Notes under the pieces: model-generated
The model's database searches: none
The model's input: the letters and a program-made list of their open reading frames with translations, nothing else
Told to the model about the DNA's origin: nothing
DNA from: Vicugna vicugna
Taxonomy: Eukaryota
Length of the DNA: 64,000 bases
Assembly: GCA_013265495.1 (NCBI GenBank)
Contig: MU058065.1
Span: 7,750,302-7,814,301, forward strand
Direction of reading: 5' to 3'
Made by a program: the position numbers and the translations under genes
In this document: positions 1 through 14,473 of the stretch, piece by piece
How the letters are laid out: each line of letters starts with the position of its first letter
How positions within the stretch are numbered: position 1 is the first letter of the stretch

Positions 1-954
1 AGATGAATCCAGAGGACAATGTTTGGGAAAGCAAGATGAATAGAAGCTGCCTAATGACCTCAGTTGTCTTTGGGTTGATGCTTTCAGTCTCATATCACCC
101 AAAGAGCAGCAGCAAAGCCAAGAGTGGTGGGCAAGGTCAAGGGAAAATTAATCCTCCCACCTCCATCCTTTAGGAGACTATTCAGTTCTCTAGCCCAAAG
201 CTTCAGATCATTTTGACATGTTGCTTGAGGAAAGCAAGCAATTGAGAAAGTGAATTGTCAAATGGCTTCCAGATATGAGCATTGTGTATTTTTCATGATC
301 CCCATAACATAACCTGGAAAAGCCATACGTGCTTCTTATAGGGGGTTGGGGACTTTCTGCTAAACTCATTCAAGGTAGTAAGTGAATGGTGCAGCAGGTG
401 GGGATAAAATGCAGCAGGTGCCAAAAGCAGAGGACCCCTAGCTCCAAGTCTTGCTGATGTACCACCTCACCCCAACCCATAAGCCTGTGCCAGGCCTCCC
501 TGCATAGACACTGGAAGAAGAATCAAATGATCAGACCACGGCTGGCGTAGCAATAACTTGAGATGGTTGCTAACTGGAGTAGCGGTCAAGGAAGAATGAA
601 AAATGTCTTAATAGTTATCCTCCAATCTAGGAAAATGTCATTGCTGCCTATCAATGTAGGCAGCTCTGCCACAAGAAATGGTACTTACTCTCTGTGGCAA
701 AAGGAAAGAAAAGTTAGAGAGGTAGTTTGGGGAAAAAGAAGACAATCTACCTGGGAGTGAAAAGAGTCATATTTAGTTCTGGCCATCCTACTGACCAACT
801 CTGTGTTCTTCAGCAAGTCCTTCCCTCTCTTGACTTCAGTAGCTGATAATATAATAGTATAATCGCTAAACTACATATTTTTTACTTTTTAGAATCATGG
901 GTTTTAGAAATACTTATTTTAATTACCAGACCCTAATAACACTTAAAATTGAAA

Positions 955-1162
955 AGCATCATCCTAAACACTGTACAAATATTCACTCAGTTAATCCTCA
1001 TAATGAAAGTATGGGGTAGACAGTATTGTCCCCATTTCACATATGAAGAAGCTGAGGCACAGAGAGGTTTAAAACTTGCCCCAAGTCACTCAGTAAATGG
1101 CAGAACCAGAACTCAAACAGAATGTAGTTCTAGGACCCATGGTCTTGCCAATGCACCACTCA
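955..1162 (-). mobile_element. MIR SINE
   Basis: MIR core in antisense: cccatttcacatatgaagaagctgaggcacagagagg...cttgccccaagtcac. Confidence 0.85.
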
Positions 1163-1344
1163 GCCTGCTTCTCAGATAAAAGAACAAGTTGCCCAGGGAA
1201 CACCAGTGTGCTAAGGTTTTAATGAAGGCCCAGCTCAGGGACCACTGCTAAGTACCAAATGCTCAAAGCACAGAAGAACAGTCTTCAGACGTCCCTCTAG
1301 GCAGAGATTAAGGGACAGGATATGAAATTTCTTAAAGTGTCCTC

Positions 1345-1508
1345 CATAAGCCCCTTCCACCAGAATCATCTGTAGAATCTTAAACAAGCAGATTCCTGGG
1401 TGAGCCTAGATAAACTGAATTACACTGTCTGGGGTGGGGCTCAAGCATCCTTCATTTAGGTAGGTCTCCTGGGATCTTTGATATGTACTTGAGTGTGAGA
1501 ACCACTGG
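1345..1508. mobile_element. MER5-like hAT-Charlie MITE
   Basis: cagaatcatc...gcagattcctggg...ggggtggggctca...tgagaaccactg motif series. Confidence 0.7.
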
Positions 1509-4500
1509 TCTGGTGTCTGAGAAGAGAAAACAGACTTCACCTTAATCTTGCTTTTCTCAAAAAAGCACCTTGAGAAAACAGTTGAGCCATGAACTTGATC
1601 ACAACAACTGGGTCAAGTGAACAGAAAGGACAGTGTCCTCTGGTCCAGATGGACACTGAAGCCTGTAGAAGACCATCAAGGAAGGCCCCCTAGCATGGAT
1701 TAAACCACACGCTTCTGGGGAGTCCATGTGTAACTCACACCTTCTGTGGAGCAAAGGGAACTCTGGTGACAAAAGCATTGTGAACTTTACAGCAGCTGCC
1801 TGGGTCTGCTGGGTATGAAATTCCACCCAAGAAATGAAAGCTGGCAGATCCCAAATCAAAGGGGTCCCACCTCCAGGAGAGAATGTCTCTTCTTCCCCAG
1901 GTTATTTCACTCTTCCCAGGAGTTACTGGTTGACACTTACAAAAGCAGCAGCAGGAAGAGTCTAACTGAAGTCTGACCTGCTTGGGGTCATTTCTCAATA
2001 GCCTCATTTTCCACCTCATGCTGTAAGGACAAGGGGGCTCCATGCCACAGGGCAGTGAGTAGAGGCTTGGATTTTGACTCTAGAGGAGAGGCTTTAATGC
2101 TAATTTCAGTCTTGACAATGATGGTCAAATCCTAGCAAATCACTTCATCTTTCTAGGCATCTGGTTTACTATATGTAACGTGAAAGTGCTAGAGGTGGCT
2201 CTTGCTCAGTGTCTTTCTTCTCTAATACCATATGGCTATAAGTGGGGTGAGCCTCCAGCGGGAACAGAAAACTGTCTAACATAGGAGGAATTAATTCAAC
2301 AGAGTTTGAATTCAACAGCTTGAATTCCTACCATGGCAAAATGGTACCTCCATGAAGCCTTGGGATCCACAGGGATGTAGGCTAGGAAAATAGCACAAGT
2401 CTTTCAGATGTCCCTCTTTCTTCCATGTTTCAGGGAGATTACCTTCAGGACTTTGGGAGGAGGGGGCAGTGCTAGTGGCAAAAACTTTCCTTCTCATTGG
2501 GGTAGAAGAGAAGTCAGGCACTGTCAAGTAAGGGCTGCTATAACTCTAGAAGAGAAGTTCCCTAGGATTCTTACCTCCGTGTACGGCAGCTACCTGAAAC
2601 AGGTCAAGGACCCCATGAGTTTCCAAGGCACCTGGGACTAGCCTGGGAATCTGTGGAGTGTGGAGTCAGGGCTTGAGAAACAGAAAGCAAGTTTGGTGGA
2701 ACCTCAAACTGTTTAGTCTATAGTGAGCTTGTCATCTACCCACAGCAGAGGTTAAGAATAAGTTGTACAAGCGAGAAAAAGCAAAACACGTTTCACATGG
2801 GAAAATGACAGCCCAAGAAAGAAATACCCCCTTTACCCCAGGCCACCATGTCTAAAATGTCAGGGTGAGGGAGCTAACATGAGCATCCCAACAGGGAAGG
2901 ACTGTCCTCTTCCAGGTCTGCCCACCTGTCCACAGCCCTCACCTACCAGAGTATCATCTAATCCTTTCAGCCTTGGAGCTTAGGGAAAAGGGAAAGGGGA
3001 CTTGCTTGGGATCATCATGCCATGGGATGCTATCTCTGTGTCATTACTTTAATTATCTTCAATTAATTCAATTCTCAACTTTTTGAGATACTTCTCCATG
3101 GCAGGTTGAGGTAGTACCAGAAAAACAATATTATTTGCCAAAATATTTATGTTGTCAAATTTTGATGGAGTCCTTTCTTTATGCATTAGACCTTCTTTTC
3201 TTGAAGGATAACATCTGAAATAAAAACATTGTGTAGAATCATGGAAGACTCTGAACTTCTCCCAGTGCCCCCTCCACCTCCTTAACAAATCTCTGGACAC
3301 CAAATGTGCACCCTTCTTAAACTGGGACTAACTCCTGAAGCATCTGCAGTGTGATCTACTTTGCAGAAGGATCCCAATCTTCCAGCAGATGACAAAAAAG
3401 ACAGTGCACAAGTTGGAAGCTGTGTTCTTACAGAACTCTGTTGGGGCCCTGAAGAGCCTCCCTGTCCCTTAGAGGGTCAAGACTGGGAAATCCTTCCTGG
3501 AAAATGGACTAAGAACAGTCAGGGGATAAGTCTAGGACTTTGAAGTGAGAGAAAAAGATACACAGACAGGGTGTAAAAGGCAAATGAAAGGAAAGAAGAG
3601 GTGTTTTCAAAACTATACCTAGGTCAAGGAAAACAGAGGAGTCGACTCTTCTGTTCACTTAAGTCCCTGGAAAAAGAAGTGTGTGTAATTGCACACACCT
3701 GTGCTCTGGGAAATCTGTCCCTCAGCACAGCAGGAGTTATGCAACTGCCTAGTGCACAGAGCCAATCAGTACCCTTGAAGTCAAAAACAGCCAATCAGAC
3801 AATCAATATAAATCATTCTGTTCCACAATAGCTGGATTTAGAACTGAACCACCAGGGTTTTGGTTGCAAGCCTCTAAATCTTTTTGCATCTAGGTTGACA
3901 TCATCTTAGACTTGTACCACCTCTCATGTTACATCCATCCTTGGCATCTAATTGTAGCCAAAGATTCCTCCAGTTCAGGCAACTATACAGCTAGACCATT
4001 GCTGACAGCATCTAGTCTTCACCCATGTACACCCATGATCATATCTCATTCCCCACAAGTCCTGGATGACTCAGGAGGAGAGTCTGTAGACATAAACCTG
4101 CTTGAAGAAAGCTCAACATTTTTGGCCAAGTCATGACATCATCTCTTGTGGATATACCTTATATGTATTATATACATTAAATATATGGTGTAGGTATCTA
4201 TGAACTATGCTGAATGGAAGAAAGGAACCCTTTCAACAAATGAAATTAATAAATAAGACCCCAAGGAGCTACACCCAGAGATGCTTAAGTGAGAAGGTGT
4301 GGAAACCGATGACAGCCTAAAGACAGAAGAGAAAGTCCTTTACCCAGGCAAGTGTGGTTGCTGCCTGGAAGCCAACAGTCTGGATTAAATGTCCTCCCCA
4401 GGTCCCTTCCCATCCTGGGATTGTAGCTCTGATTAATTTTCCAGAAGAGAGGCAATGGGAAAAGATAACTGGGAAGTGTTCATGAGGAAGGGTGGTAGAG

Positions 4501-5199
4501 AAAGTGAAAAGGAAAAAAAAAAAACCAATAAAACACTTCCTGATCCGACAAGAAGCATGTGTGTTGGGGTGTGGTGGGCAAGGAGAGAACCTGTCATCGG
4601 AGTGTTGAGCAAAGGTTCAAGGTCATTTCTGAATTCATCCAAACAACCTCTCCCGGCACTTGTTGGCACAGGGCAGATCTGGGCTTTTGGGTTTTGGCAA
4701 GGACAAGAGCATCAAGAATTCAGCACAAAACCTTTCCAGTTTCTGAGAGAGAGATGAAGACGGCTGAATTTCTTGGTGTGTCTGCCAAGGGTGAGGCTGA
4801 TGAAGAGTAGAGAAAGGAGGGGACCTAGGAGAAGCAGCCTGTGAAGCAGGAAGGTCACCAAAGCTCTGGAGGCATGAGGGCTGGAGCAGTCCAGAGCCTC
4901 CATGAACACTGGGAAGAATAGCCTTACCCAAACACTGAGAGTCCACCTGGGCTGAGGTCCAGCAGTCAGAATAGACACTGGACTAGGGACCAGCAACTTC
5001 CAGGCCAGACAATAAGCCCTGCAGGATGAAGGATCACAAATTGGAATCTTTATAGAAAAGCAGCCCAGTGTCTTTCACATGGTTCACCACTGCCCAAAAC
5101 CTTTCAGGAACTCTGTCTATGAGAAAATGAGAGAAATCCTTGTTTTGAAAGGCAGCATGAAGTGATTTGTAAATTGACTTGAACAGCACAACTATTTTT

Positions 5200-5756
5200 A
5201 AAACACTTTTCCCATTTTTTATTGAAGTGTAATTGATTTACAATGTTGTATTAATTTCTGGTGAACAGCACAGTGATTCAGTTATACATACATATATATA
5301 TTTTTATACGTTCTTTTTCATATTTTTTCATTACAGGTTACTATAAGCCATTGAATACAGCTCTCTGTGCTGTACAGAAGATCCTTGTTGTTTATCTATT
5401 CTGTGCATAGTAGTTTGTATCTGCCAATCCCAAACTCCCAGTTTATCCCTCCCACCTCCTTTCGCCGCTGGTAACCATAAGTTTGTTTTCTATGTCTGCG
5501 ATTCTCTTTCTGTTTTGTAAATAAGTTCATTTGTCTCATTTTTTTAGATTCCACATATAAGTGATATCATTTGATATTTGTCTTTCTCTGACTATTTCAC
5601 TTAGTATGATAATCTCTAGATCCATCCATGTTGCTGCAAGTGACATCATTTCATTCCTTTTTATGGCTGAGTAGTATTCCATTGTGTGTATGTGTGTATA
5701 TACATACACACACACACACATATATACACATTGTGTATAGATATATATACACACAT

Positions 5757-5801
<45 letters not shown>

Positions 5802-5891
5802 CACATTTTCTTTATTCATTCATATGTCGATGGACATTTAGGTTGCCTCCATGTCTTGGCTATTGTAAAAAGTGCCACTGTGAACATTGGG
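5200..5891 (-). mobile_element. 5'-truncated L1 (ORF2 C-terminus plus 3'UTR), cetartiodactyl type
   Basis: Minus-strand translation MEYYSAIKRNEMMSLAATWMDLEIIILSE matches the ORF2 C-terminus; 15-bp TSD AGCACAACTATTTTT at 5185-5199 and 5892-5906; internal (TA)n/(CA)n expansion at ~5685-5800. Confidence 0.92.
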
Positions 5892-6079
5892 AGCACAACT
5901 ATTTTTTAAGCATAACTCCAACCTATAAAACAGGTAAAAGGAAAGCAGGGTCTGAAGTACCAAGAACCAGCCCGCCTCCCCCTACCCCCATTTATATACT
6001 CACATGGGTCTCAGAGGCACCAGCAGTCCATGAGGGTGTTCTGGGCATCATTTGAAGACCTGTGATGTAGAGGAAGTAC

Positions 6080-6295
6080 ACAGAGCAGAATCAGACAAGC
6101 CTGGGTTTAAATGTCAACTTTATCATTTAATTTCCTGTATGACTTCTGCTTAATTGCTTCACCTCTTTCTGCCTTAGTTTCCCCAGCTAAAAAGTACAGC
6201 AAGTTAACACCTACTCATGGGCTTTTGTGGGAGTTAAATATTTTACAAATATGGCTTATATTGTACAAACATAGTTCATAGGAGGTGCTCACAAT
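6080..6295 (+). mobile_element. MIR SINE
   Basis: agaatcagacaagcctgggtttaaat...ctctttctgccttagtttcccc...ggaggtgctca. Confidence 0.7.
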
Positions 6296-6519
6296 CATCA
6301 AAGCTCCCCTTTATGTAAATAATCTTATTATCACTGAAGCCCCAATAACCCTGCCTCCAGGTGGCTTATGTTCAATGTAAGTATTTATGTTTCTTAGCTT
6401 TAAACCAGCATAAAACTGAATTGTCCTGAATAATCTCTGTGTCTGTGCTCTGGATTCTGAAAATCCATCCAAGATTACTAATCCATGGTATACAAACTAG
6501 GCAAAAACTCAGAGACGTT

Positions 6520-6860
6520 AAGTCAATCCCAAACTGAACTATAGATTCAATGTCATCCCAATCAAAACCTAGGCAGGCTTTTTCAGCAGAAATTGGCAAA
6601 TTGATTCTAAATTTCATATGTAAACACGAGGGACCTAGGACAGCCAAAAACAACTTCACAAAAGAGAAATGAAGATGAAGGACTTGTACTATCTGATTTC
6701 AAGGTTTATTATAAAGCTATGGCAATAAAGAGAGCCAAGTACTGATGCCAAGACAGACAAGCAGATCAATGGGACAGAATACTGAGTGCAGGCACAGACC
6801 ACCCCCACGTACAATCAGTTGATTTCTTGACAAATGTTTAAAGATAACTTGGCGTAAGAA
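6520..6860 (+). mobile_element. Old L1M ORF2 fragment
   Basis: tatagattcaatgtcatcccaatcaaaa...gattctaaatttcatatg...gatcaatgggacagaat; degraded. Confidence 0.8.
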
Positions 6861-7829
6861 GATGTCATGAATATCTTGTGGAATAGATGGACTTCTGCCA
6901 AAATGCAAGAAACCCAGAGATCACATACTTAGTGCACCGATTAGTTATTTAATCTACACAGACCTCAACTTCACATTATTCATAAGGAAAACAGTCAACC
7001 ATTTTTAGGATCTACTGAAGACTTTAAGAAAACTTGCCCTCAAATTGAAATACCCTACAGGACAATGAGGCTGCTATGTTTGATTCTACACACGATTCCA
7101 TTGCCCTCAGGATGTATGTCCCAAGCGCTTTTCTGGTCAAGGACTTGGTACTGAACTTATTCATCCACACCTTATTCTCCCATCGGTACGGAGGCCCTAT
7201 CAGCCTGCCATATGCCTTACAAGACATCTGGCAGGATTTAGAGCATGGGCTGTGGCCACAGAATAGAGCATAGCTAAATGACCACACACAGGGTCTGAGC
7301 CTCTGACCACGGCCCCTTAGCTCTGCCTGCAAACCAATCCAGCTAAATGAAAGCTTCCTTTCTGCCTTGTGCACGTCAAATGTGTTCCAAAGGAAGGTTC
7401 TCACCACTCACTTCCAAGCTGCTGCCGTGGAAAGAATTCTTCACTTCTTACACAAACCCTTGCTTAAAGAGGGCAGCCAAATTAGCCACAGCCTGATGGA
7501 CTGCTAATGGGAACTTTGTGCTTCAGAGCTGAAGACAAGCTGTGGTGGTGACAGAGACTTCATCAAGCACCAGGGTCAAGTAGAAGCCAATTGACCCAGA
7601 AGAGAAAACAATTCTAACTGTCCAGCTAAGCTGCTTGCTGGCTGGTGTTCTCTGCTACCTCGCTATCTGTATCCTGGGTCTCCTTAGCTTTCCTTTTAAG
7701 AAATGATGAACAATGTTTTCCAATATTAGTTACCCTTGGTTCTTCTCTGTGTCCCTTGCTGGCTGCCCTCTGTCCAGGTGTGAGAGGACTTTGCATTCTG
7801 AGAGTCCCCGCATTGTGATAAAGAATATG

Positions 7830-8040
7830 GGCTGAAACCAACTGCCTATGCAAATCCAGGCTCTCCCACTTGCTGGGCAGCCCTAAGAAGTTCATTTAAT
7901 CTCTATTAGCCTCAGTTTCATCCTCCACAATAGAACCTCCCTCATACGGTTATTGTGGGGGATAAACGAGATAGTAAAAGAAAGCCTTTAGCACAGTGTT
8001 TGACACATAGCTGATATTCAGATATTAGCTAGTATCATTA
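7830..8040 (+). mobile_element. MIR SINE
   Basis: ttaatctctattagcctcagtttcatcctcc...gggataaacgagata...ttagcacagtgtttgacacatag. Confidence 0.75.
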
Positions 8041-10344
8041 TTAATATCATTGTCACCATTGTTGTTGTTGTTGTGATGATGATGTGCTTTTATGGGGATA
8101 AAACAGCCCACTCTTCAAACTATAGTTGTCGGTGTAGGAGAGATACCAGGGAGAGGCTCCTGACGAGGGACCAGACTGGCTTGCATCCAAAGCAAAATGT
8201 GAGCCACTAAAAACTGTTATATGTAATGAAGGTTAGTGGAGATTCGATCAGAAAAGGCAGGTATGCATTGCATGGCCACAGAGGAGCTTCAGTAAGGATA
8301 TGTGACAATATTCAGGAGACTTGAATCCAGGAGATGAATATTTACAGCTGGGCAGAGGTGTGAGAGGGTACAGAGATGTAGTGTCTAGGGGAACATGGGA
8401 GAGAAGGAAATAGTGGTTCCATCAGTGAGAAGCCCTTGAAATGGAAGCAGATGGGAAGTTCAGAGAGAGGAGAGCCTAGGCTCTGAGCTTCCAGAGTGGT
8501 CAGTCCAGAGTGGAAGGGCTGGGGAGAAACATGATGGGAGAGCCAAAGGCAGGCAAAAGGCAGAGGCTATAACTAGCTCAATGCCACCCTTTCTTAGCAC
8601 ATCTTTGCTGTCGAGCACAAGGAAAGAGTTAATAGAGCCAAGATTTCCTAGGACTAAATCCAGAAGTATACCAGGTGCATGATTGGCAACTTCCCAAAAG
8701 AGTACTAGCTCAATCAAAAGCCAAAAGTGTGGACTCTGAGACAAATTAGGACAATAAAACTTCATCAAAAACCCCAAACTGGTGAAGGTGGAAGACGTTA
8801 GAGAAGACAGATCAACCTAGGGCTGACAAAGGAAGACAGATTGATGAAACATAGGGAAGAGGGGCAGTCTGGGGAGTGTTTTGTACTTCTAAAGCTTAGC
8901 AGGATGCATGAGGGTTTCACTTTCACCAGAAGACTGATAAGAAAATAAGAACTTGGGTGTTATTTCACAACTACATATAAATATATTCTATCCCCTCCAA
9001 ATTTCTCAGACCTCAATAACTGATGATCAGTTTTTGCTGTGCCGAAGTGTGTGTGTGTCTGTGTGTGTGTAGATAATTTCCCCTTGCTACTCCCATGGTT
9101 CTTCCTGAAAGATTCAGCCCTGAATGTAGTATAAAACAATGAACCACCTGCTGGGCTGAGTGACATAATACCTCTGTTTTGTTACAGATTATACAGTCTT
9201 TGCCTTAATAATTTTTCAGAGGAAACAGAACTTGGTTTGAAGACTAATCATTGTCTTCTGCAGAGATCATAGGGATGGGTGCTCCATCCTCACATTTGTA
9301 TAACACTTCTTACAAATGGGAAAACAGGGAAATAACTTTGGTAGGACTCTCCCAGACCTGTATCACATGGCCATGAAGCAATCCATCTGCCTTGGAGATT
9401 CCTCAACCCTCAGGAAAGTAAATTTTTATTTGAGCTGCAATTAAATATGATAATGGATATTTGTAGACTGCACAAAAGAGAGATTTCATTGCAGACCAAA
9501 AGAAAAGGCTTTTTGAATGATCCATGCATCAAGTTCTACACTCCTTCCCAGTCCAAATTCATTAGCATTGATAGACAAAGATGGATGATAGCTTATGCTG
9601 CTAGTGAATGTGTCCAGGATGCATGGAGTCTTCCCCCTGCTGCATCTCTTGGCACAACATCAACTCTCTCCTTCTCTCCCATGATCTCTCTGACATTGTA
9701 CAATAAGGCATCATGCCCTACTTCTCTCTCTTCCCCTCAGTTACCTCCTCTATTTTTAAGTTACCAAAGAAGTATGATTTGACAGATGGAGACTTGGCTA
9801 CCAGCAAAAAAACACTGTGTGATGTTACTTTGGGGCCATGTCTGTTCCTTCTCAAAAGTGCCACATGGCCTCCAGCGAATAAGTCCACTTTTTATGGCTC
9901 TGTTTCTTCACCACATAAACTCTCCACCCTCTACCATATAAGCATCATACACAAGAATTAGCAAATAAGTCAGGGAATTGCACCAAGAGTCAGAGTTGTC
10001 CCTAGGAACCTGCCCAAGGAGGCATATGTGGAGCGGGGCAGTCTCTTCTTTACCTATTTATAGTGACATGTTTTCTATACAGATGAGCTAGATGTAAGCA
10101 CCTCTTACGGTCCTTCATGGCTAATACTGAGCGATACTGACCAATGAATGAAGTAGTAAAAGACAGGCAAAGAGTATACATGATGCAGGGAAGACAATCC
10201 AGAAGATTAAAAGTGTAAGGAAGAGGAAAAGAAGGAAATGGGGGAAAAGGAACAAGGAAAGGAAAAGGAAAATAAATTCAGAACTGAAGAATGCGATTAT
10301 TAATGGAAAGCTTGCTATCCATTCATTCTTTCCATCTTCATCTA

Positions 10345-10560
10345 ACAAGCATGTTGAGTGCTGCTATGGGCAAGGTACTCTGGTAGAGACTTTGAGGCAC
10401 CTTATCCCATTTAATTCTCATAACAATTTCATGGCCTCGACACAATACCCCTTTTATAAATGATTAAACTAAGATGCAGAGAGTTTAAGAAGTAAGCTGA
10501 GTTAATACAACTAAAGGCAATGGAGCAGGTATTGGGACCCAGATCTGCCCGGCTTCATGA
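10345..10560 (-). mobile_element. MIR SINE
   Basis: cccatttaattctcataacaa...aaactaagatgcagagagtttaag...gggacccagatctg. Confidence 0.65.
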
Positions 10561-11139
10561 TCTTGGATTTTGTGTCACAGAACGTCTATGCCAGTCTTCT
10601 TCTCAACCAAATATTTTGAGCTTCTTAGCATAATGGATAGTGACAAACCTGGATTTTGGAATCATTAGTTCTAGCTGACCAATCTTGTCTCTTCTTGATA
10701 CAAGTAAGTAACTCTTGGTCCCCTCATGCCTAAGGCAGCTTTAGATTCTAATTACTAAGATACTTATCCTCATGACCTGAACAATTGCACCTGAGACATT
10801 ATGTGGGTAGAGCTGTCTCGCTCACGAATCCATCCCCAAGAGATATTCAGGAACAGGCATGTAGCCTGGCCCTCCAAGATCACATGGAATCTTTAACACA
10901 CCTGCATTCTCTATCTTCTCTAAAAACACCCAGAACTGGAAGAACCCTTCAAGTCTTTCTTTCTTCTTCCCACTTTTCCATGCTCCTCAACCCAGAATGT
11001 ACCCCTATTTTTCTCAACCTGCACTCCTGAGCCCAGCTTTGTTACCCTGAGCTTGTGGAAAAGAAAATTCTACCTCCTATGTTTTACATGTCACCTAAGA
11101 ACTCAGATCATACCAAAATAAACAGGAGGGAACAACTGT

Positions 11140-11345
11140 CAAGGGCCTCCCACATGCCATGCCCTGCCTATAGCACTTGACATGGGTCACCTTCTTGGAC
11201 CTAAATGGCAGGGTCATTAACAGTAAACCTGCTTTGCAGATGAGGAAATTGAGAGATTAAATGCATTTCTGAAGGTCCTGTAGAACTAGTGGAGTTGGAA
11301 CAGGAATCCAGGTGGTCTGGTTCTAGCTCACTTCCTTTACCACAA
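11140..11345 (-). mobile_element. MIR SINE
   Basis: tttgcagatgaggaaattgagagattaaatgcatt...ggaatccaggtggtctgg. Confidence 0.7.
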
Positions 11346-12669
11346 AGCCAGACAGTTACCCCAAAAGTCAGCGTGAAGATGACGGGTGGGTAGGGGGACA
11401 ACCCTGGCCTCAGTAAGGGCTAGTTCTCATCACCAAGCAATTATCCAAGGATAAGAAGGCTTAGAGAAGCCTCATTCTAATACTGTAGTGACAACAGCAT
11501 GCTGTGGTCTGTGCGTGCTCCTCTATGATTCAACAAGTCCTAAAGCAGATACCACTCGCCTTTCTACCTATCTCAGACCAACTTCCATCAAAGGTGAGAG
11601 AAAAACCTATGTGAAAAGAACAACTGTGATGACCTTTTAGAGGGTAGAAATTAGGGAGGGAGTAAAAGAGAAAGAAAGAATGAGAAAGGGTGTGTGTGTT
11701 TTCCTTGAGACTGGGAAGGGACCCAAGGAGCCTGGAGATGTAACGGGATACAGTGCAGATTACAAAAGTTCTGTTATAGCTGTAATAGCCTTTCACAAAG
11801 GCATGGCCCTCCAGAGAGCCATATTTCATCTCAGCTTTCCCCACCGCATAAGACAGAGGGTGAGGAGCTGGAAGGCAGGATTGGAAACTCATGCCTGAGC
11901 TGAGCGAGCCCTGACATCCCCGTGACACTCCCATCAAACCAAAATGAACTGGACCCAAATGTTCTTGTTCTAACAGGCTTTGGATCTCATCCCCGTCATC
12001 TGTTTATTTATTATTTTTTTCTTCACACTCTCCTTTTTGGAAATGCATTGCTTAGCAACCTGCCGTCTTATTCTAAACAGCCATGCACACAATTGTAGGC
12101 ACGCACTTGGAGACACTGGGATAGTAGTTGAGTGTCTCTGATGGCCTTACGCAGACCAACAGATCACTTACTTGGAAGAGTTAGTTTCCAGGATTTGTAT
12201 TAGTCAGGATTGCATCTCAGGTCACATCCCTGTGACCATCTTAGCCCCCTCAAGAGACAGAGCGAGGGCACAACCTTGCCTAATGGTAGGTGGGGAGAGA
12301 TGGCCCCAAAGAGATTCCTGAGAGGAATGCAGGCACCAGCGTTGATCTCCTTCATGCAGATAAGTCTTTTTGATCAATCGCCAGTCAGCTACCTCAGAGA
12401 GAACGTTATGAAGGCTTTTGATTCAGCCCCAGACAGGAAAAAAAAAAAAAAAAAAAAAAAACAAGCAGAGCTGCCCCACTTCTGTTCTACCATGCCACTT
12501 GTGCCCTTCTTCAAAGGGTTACCCTCTGAATTTAGGATGGGAAACTGGAGCCCCCGTAAGAGCTGCTGCAGTGATATGGTTATGTCCGTGGAAAGAGGTA
12601 CATAATATGGATCCAGAGCCCAAAGGATCCAGCTGTCCAGCCTCTGGGAAACTGACCAATTATTTTAAC

Positions 12670-13070
12670 CCTTTTATTGTAAAAACAAACAAACAAAAAA
12701 ACACAAGTACAGAAAACCACACAAAACAAATATACAGCTTAATGGGTTATTATAAGGCACACTGTACTGTAGTCAACACTGGGATAAAGAAATAGACCCC
12801 CTCCATGCGTCCATCTCCACCTCCTCCCACCCCGAAAATGATCGCTCTCCCGGCTTTTATAGTACTGCTTCCTTGTATCTTTTTATAGATTTAGCAGCAA
12901 GTGAGCATCTCCAAATACCACAATTTAGTCTTCGCCATTTTTTAAAAAATGTGATGTGTCTTTTTAATCTCTTTTCGTCTCTGGTTCTCTTTTATCTTCT
13001 GGTTCTCTTTTACCCGTTCCATTTTCTTACAGTGTATCTGTTAAAGAATCTGGGGCATTTGAGCTGAGGG
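12670..13070 (-). mobile_element. Ancient L1 (L1ME/L1MC-like) 3' end
   Basis: tttattgtaaaa...acagaaaaccacacaaaacaaatatacagcttaatg pattern typical of old L1 3'UTR in antisense. Confidence 0.55.
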
Positions 13071-14473
13071 TTTGAAATGGGGCAATTAAAAAAAAAATGG
13101 ATGAAGAGGCTGAGTTTCTCCTCTGACTTCCCTCAGAGCTTGTTTTTCAGGAGATATTGGGGTGGGGGAGAGGAGAATTGTATGAATAGAGTGGAGGGGG
13201 TATTAGTAAGGCCAGGGGACATTTTTAAGCATGTGACAGTGTTTTCCAAGGTCTGGACCCACCCCCACTCCACCACTGCTGGCAGGGCTGCACTGACAGG
13301 TGTGACTGGGAGGAGGGGAGGGTCAGTGGCCCAACCCCCACCCCAGGCAGTCCCAGAGCTCCAGCCTCAACTTGGAGCAGTAGATGGGAAAGCTGTTGCA
13401 GCCTCTGGAAATGAAAAGCCTGAAGGCTTTATCCTTGTCAAGAGCAGGTCTGACAAGACAAAGGCAGCCTGGTAACCAGAGAGGCCAGTGGGGAGTCAGA
13501 ACACCTGCCTGCCCTTCCGGCTCCCCTCATTGGTTTGCTCAGCCCGAAACCCTTCCTCCCCCCACTCTGGGCCTCAGTTTCTCCCCTTGGCAGCATGCAG
13601 ATGTGAGCATCCATCTTATGGAAGCATGTGGTCACGCATGTTTGCAAAGCCCTGGCTTCCCTGGGGAGGGAAGGCACCTGTGTAAACAGAGCGTAGAGGC
13701 GCCATGTGCTCGTTGGCTACGTTCTAAGGGAGGCACCAGTCCCAGGCTGCAGCCTTGATGCTGCAGGGGGAACAATGCAGGCTCTGTTTGCCCAGCTGCA
13801 GCTCTCACCTTCCCCTCTGCTGCACCATTATCGGCCCCCACCCATTTTCTCTGCCAGGAGGCAGGGGGCAGTGGGTAGAAAGCATTGACTCAGTTTAGAA
13901 GCTTCAGTTTGAGTAAAATTCAGTTTGCTGATAAAAAACTCAAAAATGCAAAGTGAGTTTTTTTAGGTTGTTTTTTTTTTTTTTGTTTTGTTTTTTAATA
14001 TCCAGGACCACTGTCGCCAGCATGCATGCTTCTTTGGAGGAGGGGAGAGTTCAGGGAAGATGCTGATCTCCTAATCCAGCCCTGTCTTTCCCAGTGGTGC
14101 TTAGAAACAAGTCCTCACAACCCTTTCTCCCTCCTGCACACATACTACAGAGCTCATGTTGATAGAGAGGAGGCCTTCAAGCTCACTTTTAACTTACATA
14201 AATTTTGGTGTGTGTCCTCAGCAAAGAGAAAAAGAGAAATAACTGTCCATCATTTGATTCAGTAAACTGCAGTTTGGAAAGTATGAAGTGGAAACTGGCG
14301 TTTCCTTCACTCTAGCTCAGAGCTGCCTGTCTTTCAAACTATATTTGGCCAAGACATATTTTTGCGCAGTGTGGTCTCTCAGAGACCAACATAACATATT
14401 CAACAACCTCAGAAGATTCACTTTTCTTTAACACTGGAGCAGACCACTGTTTCTTCAGTTGCAAGACTTGAAG

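Noticed and set aside
13690..13875. CTCF-like motifs (gtagaggcgcc, gcagggggcagtg)
   Set aside because: These are only partial matches lacking the 5' CC core and are expected by chance.
13960..14010. Strong-looking splice acceptor (T-rich tract plus CCAG/G)
   Set aside because: No convincing exon, donor site or protein similarity could be linked to it; it cannot be supported without transcript data.
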